Shown here piece after piece: positions 13,501-25,744 of a DNA stretch of 64,000 bases. The DNA is taken from positions 14,012,001-14,076,000 of the forward strand of contig CM059449.1 of the NCBI GenBank assembly GCA_030390025.1. The letters are read 5' to 3'. Position numbers and translations under genes: made by a program. Each line of letters starts with the position of its first letter. Positions within the stretch are counted from its first letter, which is position 1. Below the pieces are notes generated by a model. That model did no database searches. It was given only the letters and a program-made list of their open reading frames with translations, and had not been told where the DNA came from. Source of the DNA: Squalus acanthias. Its lineage: Eukaryota.

Positions 13501-16500
13501 ATGAATATGGGGCTGAGCCTATAACAGGTGTCCGATGCGATACCCCCTGTCTTGCCATCCCACCCATGCCCAAGGTGTCTACTAATTTTTTATTTGTTCC
13601 GGGATGTGGGCCAACATTTATTGCCCATCCCCAGTTGCCCTTGAGAAGGTGGTGGTGAGCCACCTTCTTGAACCGCTGCAGTCCGCGTGGTGAAGGCCCT
13701 CCCACAGTGCTCTTAGGGAGGGAGTTCCAGAATTTTGACCCAGCGACGATGAAGGAATGGCTGATATATTTCCAAGTCAGGAAGGTGTGTGTGACTTGCA
13801 GGGGAACTTGGAGGTGGTGGTGTTCCCATGCGCCTGCTGCCCTTGTCCCTCTAGGTGGTAGAGGTTGCGGGTTTGGGAGGTGCTGCCGAAGAAGCCTTGG
13901 CTGAGCAGGGTTGTGATACATAGAAACATAGAAACATAGAAGATAGGAGCAGGAGTAGGCCATTCGGCCCCTCGGGCCTGCTCTGCCATTTAATGAGATC
14001 ATGGCTGATCATCCGTATTCAGTACCCTGTCCCTGCTTTTTCCCCATATCCCTTGGTCCCTTTAGCCTTAAGAAATATGTCTAACTCCTTTTTGAATATA
14101 TTTAATGAATTGGCCTCAACTGCTTTCTGTGGTAGAGAATTCCACAGGTTCACCACTCTCTGGGTGAAGAAATTCCTCCTCATCCCAGTCCTAAATGGCT
14201 TACCCCTTATCCTTAGACTGTGAACCCTGGTTCTGGACTCCCCCGCCATCGGGAACATCCTTCCTGTATCTAGTCTGTCTAGTCCTGTTAGAATTCTATA
14301 AGTTTCAATGAGATCCCCTCTCATTCTTCTAAACTCTAGCAAATACAAGCCCAATCATCCTAATCTCTCTTCATACGTCATTCCTGCCATCCCAGGTATC
14401 AGTCTGGTGATGCCGCTTAGAGTCAAATAGCCAAACAACGTTGAAGAATCACCACTAAAATGATGGGCCAAAAATTCGGCACTTGCCGGGTGAGTTCGCA
14501 CTGTGTACTCACCTGTAAGGCCACCTGAAGTGCCGGTTTCCTGCATGCACTGCGCATGTGCGGGAAACCGGAACTTCTGGTCTTGTGAAGGGAGGGGTTG
14601 AGAGGTGAACCGCGTGCGCGGGAGAGGCTGTGTGCACGCAGCAAACATTAAAAAATTTTCAGGTTTCTCTGGGAAGGTAAGTATGGAAGAAGCTGCGCTT
14701 TTAAAAAGAAGGCGCAAGACCCATTTTTAACAAGGTAAGTGGTTAATTAATTAGAATTTAAAACATTTTTCAACAGGTTTATCTTTTTTAGATACTTTAA
14801 AGAAAGGTAAGTTTATTTTTAGCACTGTTAAAAAGTGTTTTAATTTTTGCAAAAATTAAAATTTTTGTTTAAAGTCGTTAATTTATTTAACTTATAGTTA
14901 TTTTAAAAATGTGATGGTTTTTTTAAAAAATGTATTTGAAGTTTAGGTGTTGTTTTGGGGCCGATTTCAATTCATAGATTTGACAGGTCTTCCTGTCAAA
15001 TCTATGAATGAAAGATGGTCTGCTGCCATTGGCTCTCCATGGCCCACGTGATCCCAGGGGATGCATCGCACTAACTACACCCCTGGGATGCACAAGCACT
15101 GCGCGCCGGCAGCTGCAGGAGGCCCAGGAGCTGAAGTCCCCGTGGGCCCAGAGGTCAACGGCAGGCGTGGTAGGTAGGTGTGCACGCGATCCTTGCACCT
15201 GCGGGAAGCCAGGGAGCCGAATTTCTGGCCCGATATATCAGGAGCTCCGTGCAATGAGAAGATGGCACAAAATTAATAGAGGCTGAGGGAAGCTTCTTGA
15301 CATTGTCCTTATTATCATTGAAGTGCCAATAGTAGCACCATAGCATAGCAATTATTCTCTTTCCATTGTAATACTGTTTTTTTACAATCATGCTATTTGT
15401 TTTAATGCAAGCAAAATCGTTTTTCCTCAGCGTCTTCAGATTTAGATTTAATAATACTGACTTCAACTCCTTATTTCAGGCGGAAAGCAGACTGAAAAGA
15501 GAGAGGGTATTAAGCTGAGACTTGTACTAGGAGGTGCGCTGGTGTTGCTGGCTATAACCATCATAATTCTTACGATTCGACTGATTTGGCAAAACAAAGG
15601 TCTGTATCTTTACAAAACACACTGGTAACCTGTTTAAATATTACACTTGCGCTATAGTGCGGAGGAATTACGCTGGCCACTATGGGTAGCAATATAGTGA
15701 ATGCTTTCATGGAGCGAGTCAACAATTCCAGTGCAATCGGAATCGGGTTATTCAGAAATAATAAAAGGAGGAAATACCCATAATCCATTGTGATACCGAT
15801 GCACATATTGTCCAGAATAACTTCCCGTCCTCTCTATGCATTTATGTATCATAGGTCAATTCTGTGACATTTTAATAACAAATAGCTTCACAAAGTCATA
15901 ATTTTACAACAATAATATTAATTTTCTTCTTTTCCTTTCAGTTATCCTGAGGCTGAAAAGGTACGGGGAATGTTAACTCCTATAGAATTGATGATCATTC
16001 AGAACATAATGTGCATAATTTTAAATTGAAATATCATCTCGCTTATTACAGAAATCACAGCGGAGCCAATCCAATATATGGTAAGGGAGCTTTAATTGCA
16101 TTAATTTACATTGATCATTGTTGCTGGCTAATTAAAACAAACTAAATATAAAAATACATTTGCACATTATTTTATTCATAATCATTTGATTTCCAGTCAG
16201 GTTCTACTGATATGTGTGTGTGTGTGTGTGTGTGTGTGCCACCATCTACAAGGCACAAGTCAGGAGTGTGATGAAATACTCTCCACTTGCCTGGATGAGT
16301 GCAGCTCCAACAACACTCAAGAAGCTCGACACCATCCAGGACAAAGCAGCCCGCTTGATTGGCACCCCACTCACAACCTTAAACATTCACTCCATCCACC
16401 ACCGGCATACCGTGGCTGCAGTGTGTACCATCGACAAGATGCACTGCAGCAACTCGCCAAGGCTTCTTTGACAGCACCTCCCAAACCCGCGACCTCTACC

Positions 16501-19500
16501 ACTTAGAAGGACAAAGGCAGCAGGTGCATGGGAACACCACCACCTCCAAGTTCCCCTCCAAGTCACACACCATCCTTCATCGTCGCTGGGTCAAAATCCT
16601 GGAACTCCCTCTCCAACAGCACTGTGGGAGCACCTTCACCACAAGGACTGCAGTGGTTCAAGAAGGCGGCTCACCACCAACTTCTCAAGGGCAATTAGGG
16701 ATGGGCAATAAATGCTGGCCCTGCGAGCGATGCCCACATCCCATAAAACGAATTTAAAAAAATGTTTGTATGTGTGTGTATGTGTGTATGCATGTGAGTA
16801 TGTATGTTTGTAAATGTGTGTAAGTGTTTATGTATGTGCATGTGTGTGTATGTGTTGCATTGTGTAATTCTGACACATTCTCTATCATTGTCTCTCCTCT
16901 CATTTTCACAGCAACAGCCGATCTACAGCCAACAACACAAGTAAGAACTATCAGATGATGAGATGTTTTATATATGCAATGACAGATGGTTCAGTGTACA
17001 ATAAGGCTATGGTAATTGGCTGCGGTAACATAGTGTTTATGTTACTGGACTAGTAATCCAGTCGGCACTGGACTAATGAGACATAAAATCCCACCATGGC
17101 AGTTGAGGAAATTGAATTTAAAATCATTAAATAAATCTGGAATTTAAAAAAAGAAAGACGTTAGTATCAGTCATGGTGACCATGAAAAATACTGGATTGT
17201 CATAAAAACCCATTTGGTTCACTAATGTCCTTTAGGGAAGGACGTCTGGCCCATGTGACTCCAGACCCACAGCAATATGGTTGACTCTTAACTGCCCTCT
17301 GAGGTGACCTTGCAAGCTATTCAGTTTTGTTCAAAAAGGTGGCTCACCACCACCTTCTCGAGGGCAATTGGGGATGGACAATAAATTCTGGCCTTGCCAG
17401 CGATGTCCACATCCCATGAATGAAAAAAAAATGAATTCGCTATCTACGGCGATGGAATTGTTCTGTTCTCTACGTATTTTCAATATCTTATATGTGCTTG
17501 TTAAGGTTTTCCCCTGTTACGTATGTTTTAGGGATGTGCTTATAATTGCCAGTAAAATGAAACCAGAGGTGTAATGAGCATTAAAAGTAGTGTTTAAAGG
17601 GGATGCGGTGCCACCAGCATTATGACCTGAATTCAACTCCAGCCCAGACTGATGGGCTGAAAGGCTCCTCTCTCTGTTGGCTGTAAGGGTTCATAACTTC
17701 CCAAAGGACATTGAATCACAGCACCAAAACCGTCCCAAAAAAACCACACTTTGGTATTAAATTGGTAATCTAAGTCACAGAGGTCATAAGGTGCGAGAGT
17801 AGAAAAGTTCAGAGTTGGAGTGTAAGGGTCTTTTTTTCTGAGCTTTGTGTGTAGAGCGTTGTACAAGCAGCGTAGAGGAAAATTCACCTTGCAGCCTATT
17901 ATACTATAGTTGACACAGAAATACTGGATACCCACAATGGATAGCATTTGGTGCCCTTCTTCCCAGTACAATCGTCACAATATCTCATTCCAGTTGTTTC
18001 CCCGAGTATGAGCCCCATCTTCGCTTCTTTATGTCCAAGGGGCACTCAACCGGATAAGCCACCCATTCCCAGATCTGGCTTGCCACATTAATCTCTTCCA
18101 GGCTTCGCTTTCCTCTGCAGAAGCCACCCGCTACTCTCGGATCATCCTGGAAGGTAGCGAAAACTGCAGGCTCCTTTTCTCTACTACCTTAAGTGGGAGA
18201 CCAGATGATTGGGAAAGTTTTAAAAACCTGCAAAGGATGACTAAAAAAATTAAAAAAGAGAGAGAAGATGAATTATGAGAGAAAACTGGCAAGAAACATT
18301 AAAACAGATAGTAAGAGCTTCTACAGGTATATAAAAAGGAAGAGAGTAGCTAAAGTAAACATTGGTCCCTTAGAGGATGAGACTGGGGAATTAATAATGG
18401 GGAACGGGGAAATGGCAGAGACTCTGAACAAATATTTTGTATCTGTCTTCATGGTAGAAAACACTTACAACATCCCAAAAATGGATAATCAAGGTGCCAC
18501 AGGGAGGGGGGAACTAAAGACAATCACTATCACTAGGGAAATAGTACTTGGTAAAATAATGGGACTAAAAGACGACAAGTCCCCTGGATCAGATGGTCTG
18601 CATCCCAGGGTCTTAAAAGAAGTGGCTGCAGAGATAATGGATGCATTGGTTGCAATATACCAAAATTCCCAGGACTCTGGAGAGGTCCCAGTGGATTGGA
18701 AAACCGCAAATGTAACACCCCTATTTAAGAAAGGAGGGAGACAGAAAGCAGGAAACTATAGACCAGTTAGCCTAACATCTGTCATTGGGAAAATGCCGGA
18801 GTCCTGCGTTAAGGAAGCAGTAGCAGGGCATTTAGAAAATCATAATGCAATCAGGCAGAGTCAGCATGGTTTTATGAAAGGGAAATCATGTTTAACAAAT
18901 TTGCTGGAGTTCTTTGAGGATGTAACGAGCAGGGTGGACAAAGGTGAACCAGTAGATGTGGTGTATTTGGATTTCCAGAAAGCATTCGATAAGGTGCCAC
19001 ATAAAAGGTTACTGCATAAGATAAGAGCTCACAGAATTGGGGGTAATATATTAGCATGGATAGAGAATTGGCTAACTAACAGAAAGCAGAGAGTCGGGAT
19101 AAATGGGTCATTTTCCGGTTGACAAATGGTAATGAGTGGGGTGCCACAGGGATCATTGCTGGGGCCTCAACTATTTACAATCTACATTAATAACTTGAAT
19201 GAAGGGACCGAGTGTAATGTAGCCAAGTTTGCAGATGATACAAAGATGGGTGGGAAAGCAAGTTGTGCAGAGGACTCAAAGAATCTGCAAAGGGATATAG
19301 ACAGGCTAAATGAGTGGGCAAACATTTGGCAGATGGAGTATAATGTGGGAAAGTGTGAGGTTATACACTTTGGCAGCAAAAATAACAAAGCAAACTATTA
19401 TTTAAATGGAGAGAGATGACAAAATGCTACAGTTCAGAGGGACCTGGGGGTCCTTGTGCAAGAAACACAAAAAGTTAGCATGCAGGTATAACAAGTAATC

Positions 19501-21491
19501 AAAAAGGCAAATGGAATGTTGGCCTTTATTTCAAGGGGGTTGGAGTATAAAAGCAGGGAAGTCCTGCTACAACTGTACAGGGTATTGGTGAGACCACACC
19601 TTGAGTACTGCGTACAGTTTTGGTCTCCTTATTTAAGGAAGGATTTACTTGCATTGGAGGCAGTTCAGAGAGGATTCACTAGGTTAATTCCAGAGATGAG
19701 GAGGTTGACTTATGAGGAAAGGTTGAGCAGGCTGGGCCTATACTCATTGGAATTTAGAAGAATGAGAGGTGATCTTATTGAAACATATAAGATACTGAGG
19801 GGGCTCAGAGGATGTTTCCCCTCGTGGGGAAATCTAGAACTCGGGGGCACAGTTTTAGAATAAAGGGTCACCCTTTTAGAACTGAGATGAGGAGGAATTT
19901 CTTCTCTCAGAGGGTCGTAAATCTGTGGAATTCACTGCTCCAGAGAGCTGTGGAGATTGGGTCATTAAATACATTTAACGTGGAGATAGACAGATTTTTG
20001 CAAGATAAGGGAGTGAAGGGTTATGAGAAGCGGGCGGGGAAGTGGCTTTGAGGCCAGGATCAGCCATGATCTTATTGAATGGCGGAGCAGGCTCGAGGGG
20101 CCAAGTGGCCTATTCCAGCTCCTATTTCTTATGTTTTTATGTTCTTAAACAACTTTGACCACCGCCTCCTCTCTCATCTCTAACAACCAGTGCGAGGAAC
20201 TCACGCATTTCTTCCTCTCGAAGATAGCGACCATCTGTTCAGCTGCCGCACTGCTTATGTCTTCCCCTTGTCCACTAAGCCAAATGTCCCCCCGTCCTGT
20301 CGCCATCATTGCCCTGAAACCTGGCTTCTCACTAGTTTCTGCCCTTTTCCCCAAACCCCCTCCAAATTTATCTCATCAGAATTTATTGCCCATTCCTAAT
20401 TGCCCTTGAGAAGGTGGTGGTGAGCTGCTGCCTTCCTGAACTTCTGCAGTCCATGGTACTCCCACAGTGCTGTTAGGTAGGGAGTTCCAGGGTTTTGGCC
20501 CAGTGATGATGAAGGAACGGTGATATATTTCCAAGTCAGGATGGTGTGAGACTTGGAGGGGAACTTGGAGGTGGTGCTGTTCCCACGTGCCTACTGCCCT
20601 TGTCACGGGTTTGGGAGATGCTGTTGAAGAAGCCTTGGTGAGTTGCTGCAGTGCACCTTTGATCTGTCTGTCCTATCCAGGTAATGTCCCATCTTGAACC
20701 TTCCTTTCCCCTCCAAGTTCCTTAGAGTGCTGTCACCTCCCAGATATGTACCCATTTCCCTTCAGATCAGGTTTCTGCCTCTGCCACAACACTGAAACAA
20801 CCCTGACCAAAGTCACAAGAGGCATTCTCTGCTACTGTGGCCATGGTATGTTATCCATCCTCGTTCTGCTTGACCTCTCTGTAAACTTTGAAATGTCAAC
20901 CACACGATACTCCTCCAATGTCTCTTATCTATTGCTCAACTCCATGGCACTGCTCTTGCTTAGCTGTACAATAATGCATCAATTTTGACCAGAGCATCTC
21001 CAGCAATGGCATCTTTTTCCACCCACAACCGTTAGCTTGGGAGTCTCCAAAGGATCCATCCTTTGCTCCCTCGTCTATATCCTTCTCCGAGTTGGCATCA
21101 TCGAATCTATGAATTCAGCTTCCATATTTATGCCAATTACAGCTCTACTCATCCACCACCTATCTCGACCCCTCCTTATGCTGTCAGACTGTATTTCCAA
21201 TATCTAGTTTTGACTCTGTGTCCTTTTTCTGATTACTCATCGCTCAAGTGCCTTGGAACGTTTGTCTGCTTTAAGGACACAATAAATATGCAAATTGGTG
21301 GTGTTGTATTTATATGCATTTGGACTTCAAACTCATTTTAATCCAATTGCGATAATTGTTAGGTACATTCCAATCGTGGCAGTGATGAGGCAGTTTCCCT
21401 GCATTACACCAAAGTGAACACAAAGCAAGAGGGGAAGTCGAGGAGAATGGACATGCAGGTACATCATGTGGAGTACGCCACCATCACATGA
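10476..21491 (+). CDS. NCR3: NKp30/NCR3-family single VJ-type IgV receptor with ITIM-bearing tail (gene 1; exons 10476-10533, 12850-13191, 15480-15599, 15942-15960, 16052-16080, 16912(or 16918)-16940, 21363-21491; ~241 aa)
   Basis: All junctions are GT-AG with compatible phases (1,1,1,2,1,0); the summed CDS is 726 nt with no stop. The V domain resembles human NKp30 by eye (IGS.W.R, GRL, S..F, YCR..+.GL...GNGT+L.V). The symbol denotes family; orthology not tested. Confidence 0.8.
10873..11558 (-). mobile_element. CR1 LINE 3' fragment in gene 1 intron 1
   Basis: LYKTLIRPQLEYCVQFWAP...RTRGH. Confidence 0.85.
12850..13191 (+). CDS. NCR3: Gene 1 IgV (VJ-type) exon
   Basis: ctttcag| acceptor, AGA C|gtaagt donor; TLNC...QW...DSDTYYC...GNGTKLEV canonical V-set motifs. 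Confidence 0.93.
13918..14410 (-). mobile_element. CR1 LINE 3' fragment
   Basis: RRMRGDLIETY...FFTQRVVNLWNSLP; (CATAGAAA)n tail. Confidence 0.85.
14465..15231. mobile_element. PIF/Harbinger-type MITE, family A, copy 1 (gene 1 intron 2)
   Basis: TIR GGGCCAAAAATTCGGC...GCCGAATTTCTGGCCC, 3-bp TSD GAT, non-coding, internal palindromes. Confidence 0.8.
15480..15599 (+). CDS. NCR3: Gene 1 stalk/transmembrane exon (R)GKQTEKREGIKLRLVLGGALVLLAITIIILTIRLIWQNK
   Basis: ttatttcag| acceptor, AAA G|gtctgt donor, 120 nt, phase 1-1, 19-aa hydrophobic core. Confidence 0.85.
15942..16940 (+). CDS. NCR3: Gene 1 cytoplasmic micro-exons: 15942-15960 (VILRLK), 16052-16080 (RNHSGANPIY), 16912/16918-16940 ([AT]ADLQPTTQ)
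   Basis: Each has a pyrimidine-rich AG acceptor and a gtacgg/gtaagg/gtaaga donor; phases chain 1-2-1-0. Confidence 0.72.
18192..20146 (+). mobile_element. CR1 LINE ORF2 (RT) ~2-kb 5'-truncated copy with stops, inserted in an older L2
   Basis: KSPG.DG.HPRVLKE, NYRPVSLTS, YLDFQKAFDKVPH, GVPQGS, KFADDTK. Confidence 0.92.
21363..21491 (+). CDS. NCR3: Gene 1 terminal exon VHSNRGSDEAVSLHYTKVNTKQEGKSRRMDMQVHHVEYATIT*
   Basis: Phase-0 acceptor (weak pyrimidine tract), two ITIM-like motifs LHYTKV and VEYATI, TGA at 21489-21491. Confidence 0.75.
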   Translation, partial: VHSNRGSDEAVSLHYTKVNTKQEGKSRRMDMQVHHVEYATIT

Positions 21492-22889
21492 AGCTGTGAG
21501 AAGAAATCTGAAAGACCTCAAAACCCTGATCCTACATATGCCACTAAGAGAACAAGAGCAATTTTAAACAATATCCAGCACACCGACCACCTTACTCTTT
21601 ATTACTCTGCCAACAAGGTTGCGACATGTTAAATGTGAATGTGTGTAAAACTGCAGCTGTTCCTAATTTCCCAGTTGTCGAATATTCTGCTGTTTCAGTT
21701 AAGCACCCTGTAGGGGCTATGTGTCTCTTAGCAACTCTTAGAAAATTGAATCTTCTTTATCAGTAACACAAAATATGTTTTCCAGCCTGACAAACTGAAG
21801 AAGGTGGGAAAAGAGGTCCTTCTGGGTCACTGTGTGTAGCGACAGTGAAATTGAAAATTGCATTACGTGGGTATTTCTTGTGAAATTATAAAAGCGTTCT
21901 TAAAAATGTGTTTGCTGATTTCCTAGAAATAGGAATTAAGAAATATTCTCAGTGTGTTTACAATGTCGATAACAGATGGCTGTCAGGAAAAAATGTATCC
22001 CAAAATGTAAATATGCTACTTACTATTAACTGGTTCCAGTTTGTTATGAATATTAAAATACTTGATCTTCTTAGCTCTGTGTGCCAGATTTATCATAGCT
22101 CTTCGCCCAAGTGTGCGTCACAAATATTTCAATTTTGCACTTGACATTTTCGCAGATTCAATGTCACCAGTCACTTCTTTAAGTGGACCGAGGGTCCCCG
22201 TATGATTTGGAGTGCACCGTTTGCTGTCCAGTATCAAAGTAACAGCAGTCGGCCATTCAGCCCTTCGAGCCTGTTCCGCCATTCAATGAGATCATGGCTG
22301 ATCTGTATCTTAACTCCATCCACCTGCCTTTGCTCCATGTCTCTTAATACCCTTGGCTAGCAAAGATCTGTCGATCCTAAACTTAAAAATTTTAATTGAG
22401 CTAGTATCTATTGCTGTTTGTGGGAGAGAGTTCCTCACTTCCTACCACCCTTTGTGTGAAGAAGTGTTTCCGAACTTCTCTCCTCAATGAGAGAATTTAA
22501 TGTTACATCCCTTGTCCTAGACTCCCCCAACAGCGTAAAATGTTTCTCTCTATCTACTCTATCAATTGCTTTCAAAATCCTAAAACCCTCAATCAAATCA
22601 CCTCTTAACCTTCTAGATTCCAGTGAATACAAGACTAGTTTATGCAATCTCTCTGCGTAAGTTAACTCTTGGATTCTGGTAACATTCTGTTAAATCTGCG
22701 TTGCACTCCTAAGGCCAATATATACTTTCTAATGTACGGGGCCAAGAATTGTACACAGTACTCCAGATGAAGTCTAACCAGTTTATATAGCTGTAGATAA
22801 ACCTCTTCCACTTTAAATTCTAGCCCTCTAGTTATTAAGTTAAATTAATTTATGTAGTTAAACGATATTGTAGCAGGACTGTAACAGAT

Positions 22890-24415
22890 TACAACTACTG
22901 CAACTTGTATTTACATAACATGATTAACATAGTAAAAGGTCCCAAGGTGCTTCACAGGGGTGTTATTAAACAAAATTTGTCTCCAAGCCACATAAGGAGA
23001 TATTAGGACAGGTGAACAAAAGTTTTGTCAAAGAAGTAGTTTTTAAGGAGCATCTTAAAGGAGGAGAGAGAGGTAGAGAGGTGGAGAGGCTTATGGAAGG
23101 AATTCCAGTGTTTGGGCCCTAGGCAGCTGAAGGCAGGTCCACCAATGGTGGAGCGATTAAAATCGGGGAGGTACAAGAGTCCAGAAATGGATCAGCATGG
23201 AGATCTCGGAGGGATGTAGGGCTCAAGGAGGTTACAGAGATAGGGAGCGGGCGAGGGCATGGAGGGATTTAAAAACAAGGATCCGAATTTTAAAATAGAG
23301 GCATTGCCGGATGGGGAGCCAATGTCAGTCAGCGAGCACTGTGGGGGTGAAGGGCGAATGGGACTTGGTGTGAGTTCGGATACGGGCAGCAGAGTTTCGG
23401 ATTAGCTTACATTTATGGAGGGTGGAAGATGGGAAGCTACCCAGGAGATCATTAAAGTAGTCAAGTCTGGAGGTAACAAAGACATAGATGATGGTTTCAG
23501 CAGCAGATGGGCTGAGGCAGGGCAGATACGGGTGATGTTACAGAGGTGGAAGTGGGCGGCCTTAGTGATTGAGTAGATATGGGGTCGGAAGCTCAGTTCA
23601 GTGTCAAATAGGACACCAAGGTTTGAAACAGTCTGGTTCAGCCTCAGACAGTGGACAGGCACAGGGATGGAGTTGGTAGCTAGGGAACAGAATTTGTGGC
23701 GGGGACCAAAGGCAATGGCTTCGGGCTTCCCAACATTTAGTTGGAGGAAGTATCTGCTCATCCAGTACTGGATGTTGGACAAACAACATAACAAATCCGA
23801 GGCAGTGGAAAGGTCAAGAGTGGTGGTGGCGAGGTAGAGATTGGTATCATCAGTGTACATATGGAACCTGACGTTGTGTTTTCGAGGAGGGACAGCAAGT
23901 AGATGAGAAATATGAGGGGGGCGAAGGATAGAACCTTGCAAGACTCCAGAGGTAATGGCGCGGGAGTGTGAAGAGAAGCCATTGCAGGTGGTTCTCTGGC
24001 TATGGCTGGAAAGATAGGAATGGAACCAGGCGAGGGCAGTCCCACTCAGCTGGACGATGGAGGAGAGGCGTTGGAGGAGGATGGTGTGGTCAACCGTGTC
24101 AAAGGCTGCAGACAGGTTCAGGAGGATGAGGAGGGACAGTTTACTTTTGTCACAGTCGCATAGGATGTCATTTGTGACTTTGATAAGGGCCGGTTCAATG
24201 CTGTGGCATGGGCGGAAACATGACTGGAGAGATTGAAACATGGAGCTGCAGCAAAGATGGGCACAAATTTAGGAGGTGACAACACGTTCAAGGTCCTTGC
24301 AGAGCAAGGGGACTTTGGAGAAGGGGCAGTTGTTTACAGGGCCAAGGGTGGGTTTTGTGAGGAGGGGCTGATGACGGCAGATTTGAAGGGGAGGGAGACA
24401 GTACCTGAGCAGAGA
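22890..24415 (-). mobile_element. L2 LINE ORF2 3' fragment
   Basis: LLNLSAAFDTVDHTILLQRL...FHMYTDDT; L2-type tail. Confidence 0.88.
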
Positions 24416-24997
24416 GAAGACAAGAGATGTTAGTTACCTTTGTACCACAGCCCCTTTCCCCCCACTGCGCCCTGACAACAGAATGTGTTCAGATTGGACT
24501 AGTACTGTTGAACTGCTGAAAGCTTTCCTCATTTATTAATTGAAATTTGAGCTGACCGGACTTTGTCTTCTTTTACTAATAAAAATTGATTATCCCCTAT
24601 TCTTAAGTAGAAACCATTTAGGCTGAGTGTTTTCTCAGAAGAGACAGGAGTGCTCGCATTTGCTTTCGGAGGCAACTGCCATGGCTGAACCACCACCCTC
24701 CTCCCCCCTCCCCCACACACCCCTCTCCCCACCCAATCTGTCTTGGAATCTGAGAAAGGACATTGAATGGGTTAAAACCGAGCCTTCGTGAGGCTAAACC
24801 TTACTCCACCCTGTGGCCATATTGTGAATAAAATGTATACAAGTTCTTCTGATAACAAAACTTGAGGATCCTGCTATAATGGTACTAATGTAGATTTATA
24901 AACGAGTGCCGTTGGTAAATATCCACTCAAATTAAGTCTTCAAACTTAAAATATAATAAATCGTGATGTCTTTACATTCAACACGACAATTTCGCAA

Positions 24998-25744
24998 ACG
25001 ATTGGGGAATGCAGATGCTCAAAGGGACCTGGGTGTCCTTGTACATGAGTCACTGAAAGTGAATGTGCAGGTGCAGCAAGCCTTTAGGAAGGCAAATGGT
25101 ATGCTGGCCTTCATTACAAGAGGATTTGAGTACAGGAGTAAAGAAGTCTTACTCCAAATATACAGGGCCTTGTTGAGACTACACCTGGAGTACTGTGTAC
25201 AATTTTGGTCTCCTTACCTAAGGAAGGATATATTTGCCATAGTGGGAGTGCAACGAAGGTTCACGAGATTGATTCCTGGGATGGCGGGACTGTCGTATGA
25301 GAAGCTATTGAGTAAACTAGGCCTGTATTCTCTTGAATTCAGAAGAATGAGAGGGGGTCTCATTGAAGCATACAAAATTATTACAGGGCTGGATAGGGTG
25401 GATGCTGGGAGAATATTTCCCTTGGCTGGGGAGTCTAGAACCAGGGGCCACAGCCTCAGGATAAAGGGGATGCCATTCAGGACTGAGATGAGAAGAAATT
25501 TCTTCACACAGAGGGTGGTGAATCTTTGGAATTCTCTACCCCAGAGGGCTGTGGAGGCTCAGTCATTGGGTATATTCAAAACAGAAGTCAATAGATTTCT
25601 GACTAGTAAAGGCATCAAGGGATATGGCGATAGGGCCGGTGAATGGAGTTGAGGCAGAAGATCAGCCATGATCTCATTGAATGGCGGAGCAGGCTCGAAG
25701 GGCCGAATGGCCTACTCCTGCTCCTATTTCTTATGTTCTTATGT
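24998..25744 (+). mobile_element. CR1 LINE 3' fragment
   Basis: ORF 24963-25652 is the CR1 RT C-terminus. Confidence 0.9.

Noticed and set aside
18268-20051. Long RT-like ORFs (also 23402-24241, 24963-25652, 26615-27409, 42033-42692 and others) as host genes or a novel RT system
   Set aside because: They are 5'-truncated, stop- or frameshift-containing CR1/L2 ORF2 fragments with typical 3' tails.
21399-21485. Calling gene 1 PD-1 (PDCD1) because of VEYATI
   Set aside because: The V domain looks much more like NKp30 by eye and the tail is split into more exons than mammalian PDCD1; motif similarity alone is insufficient.
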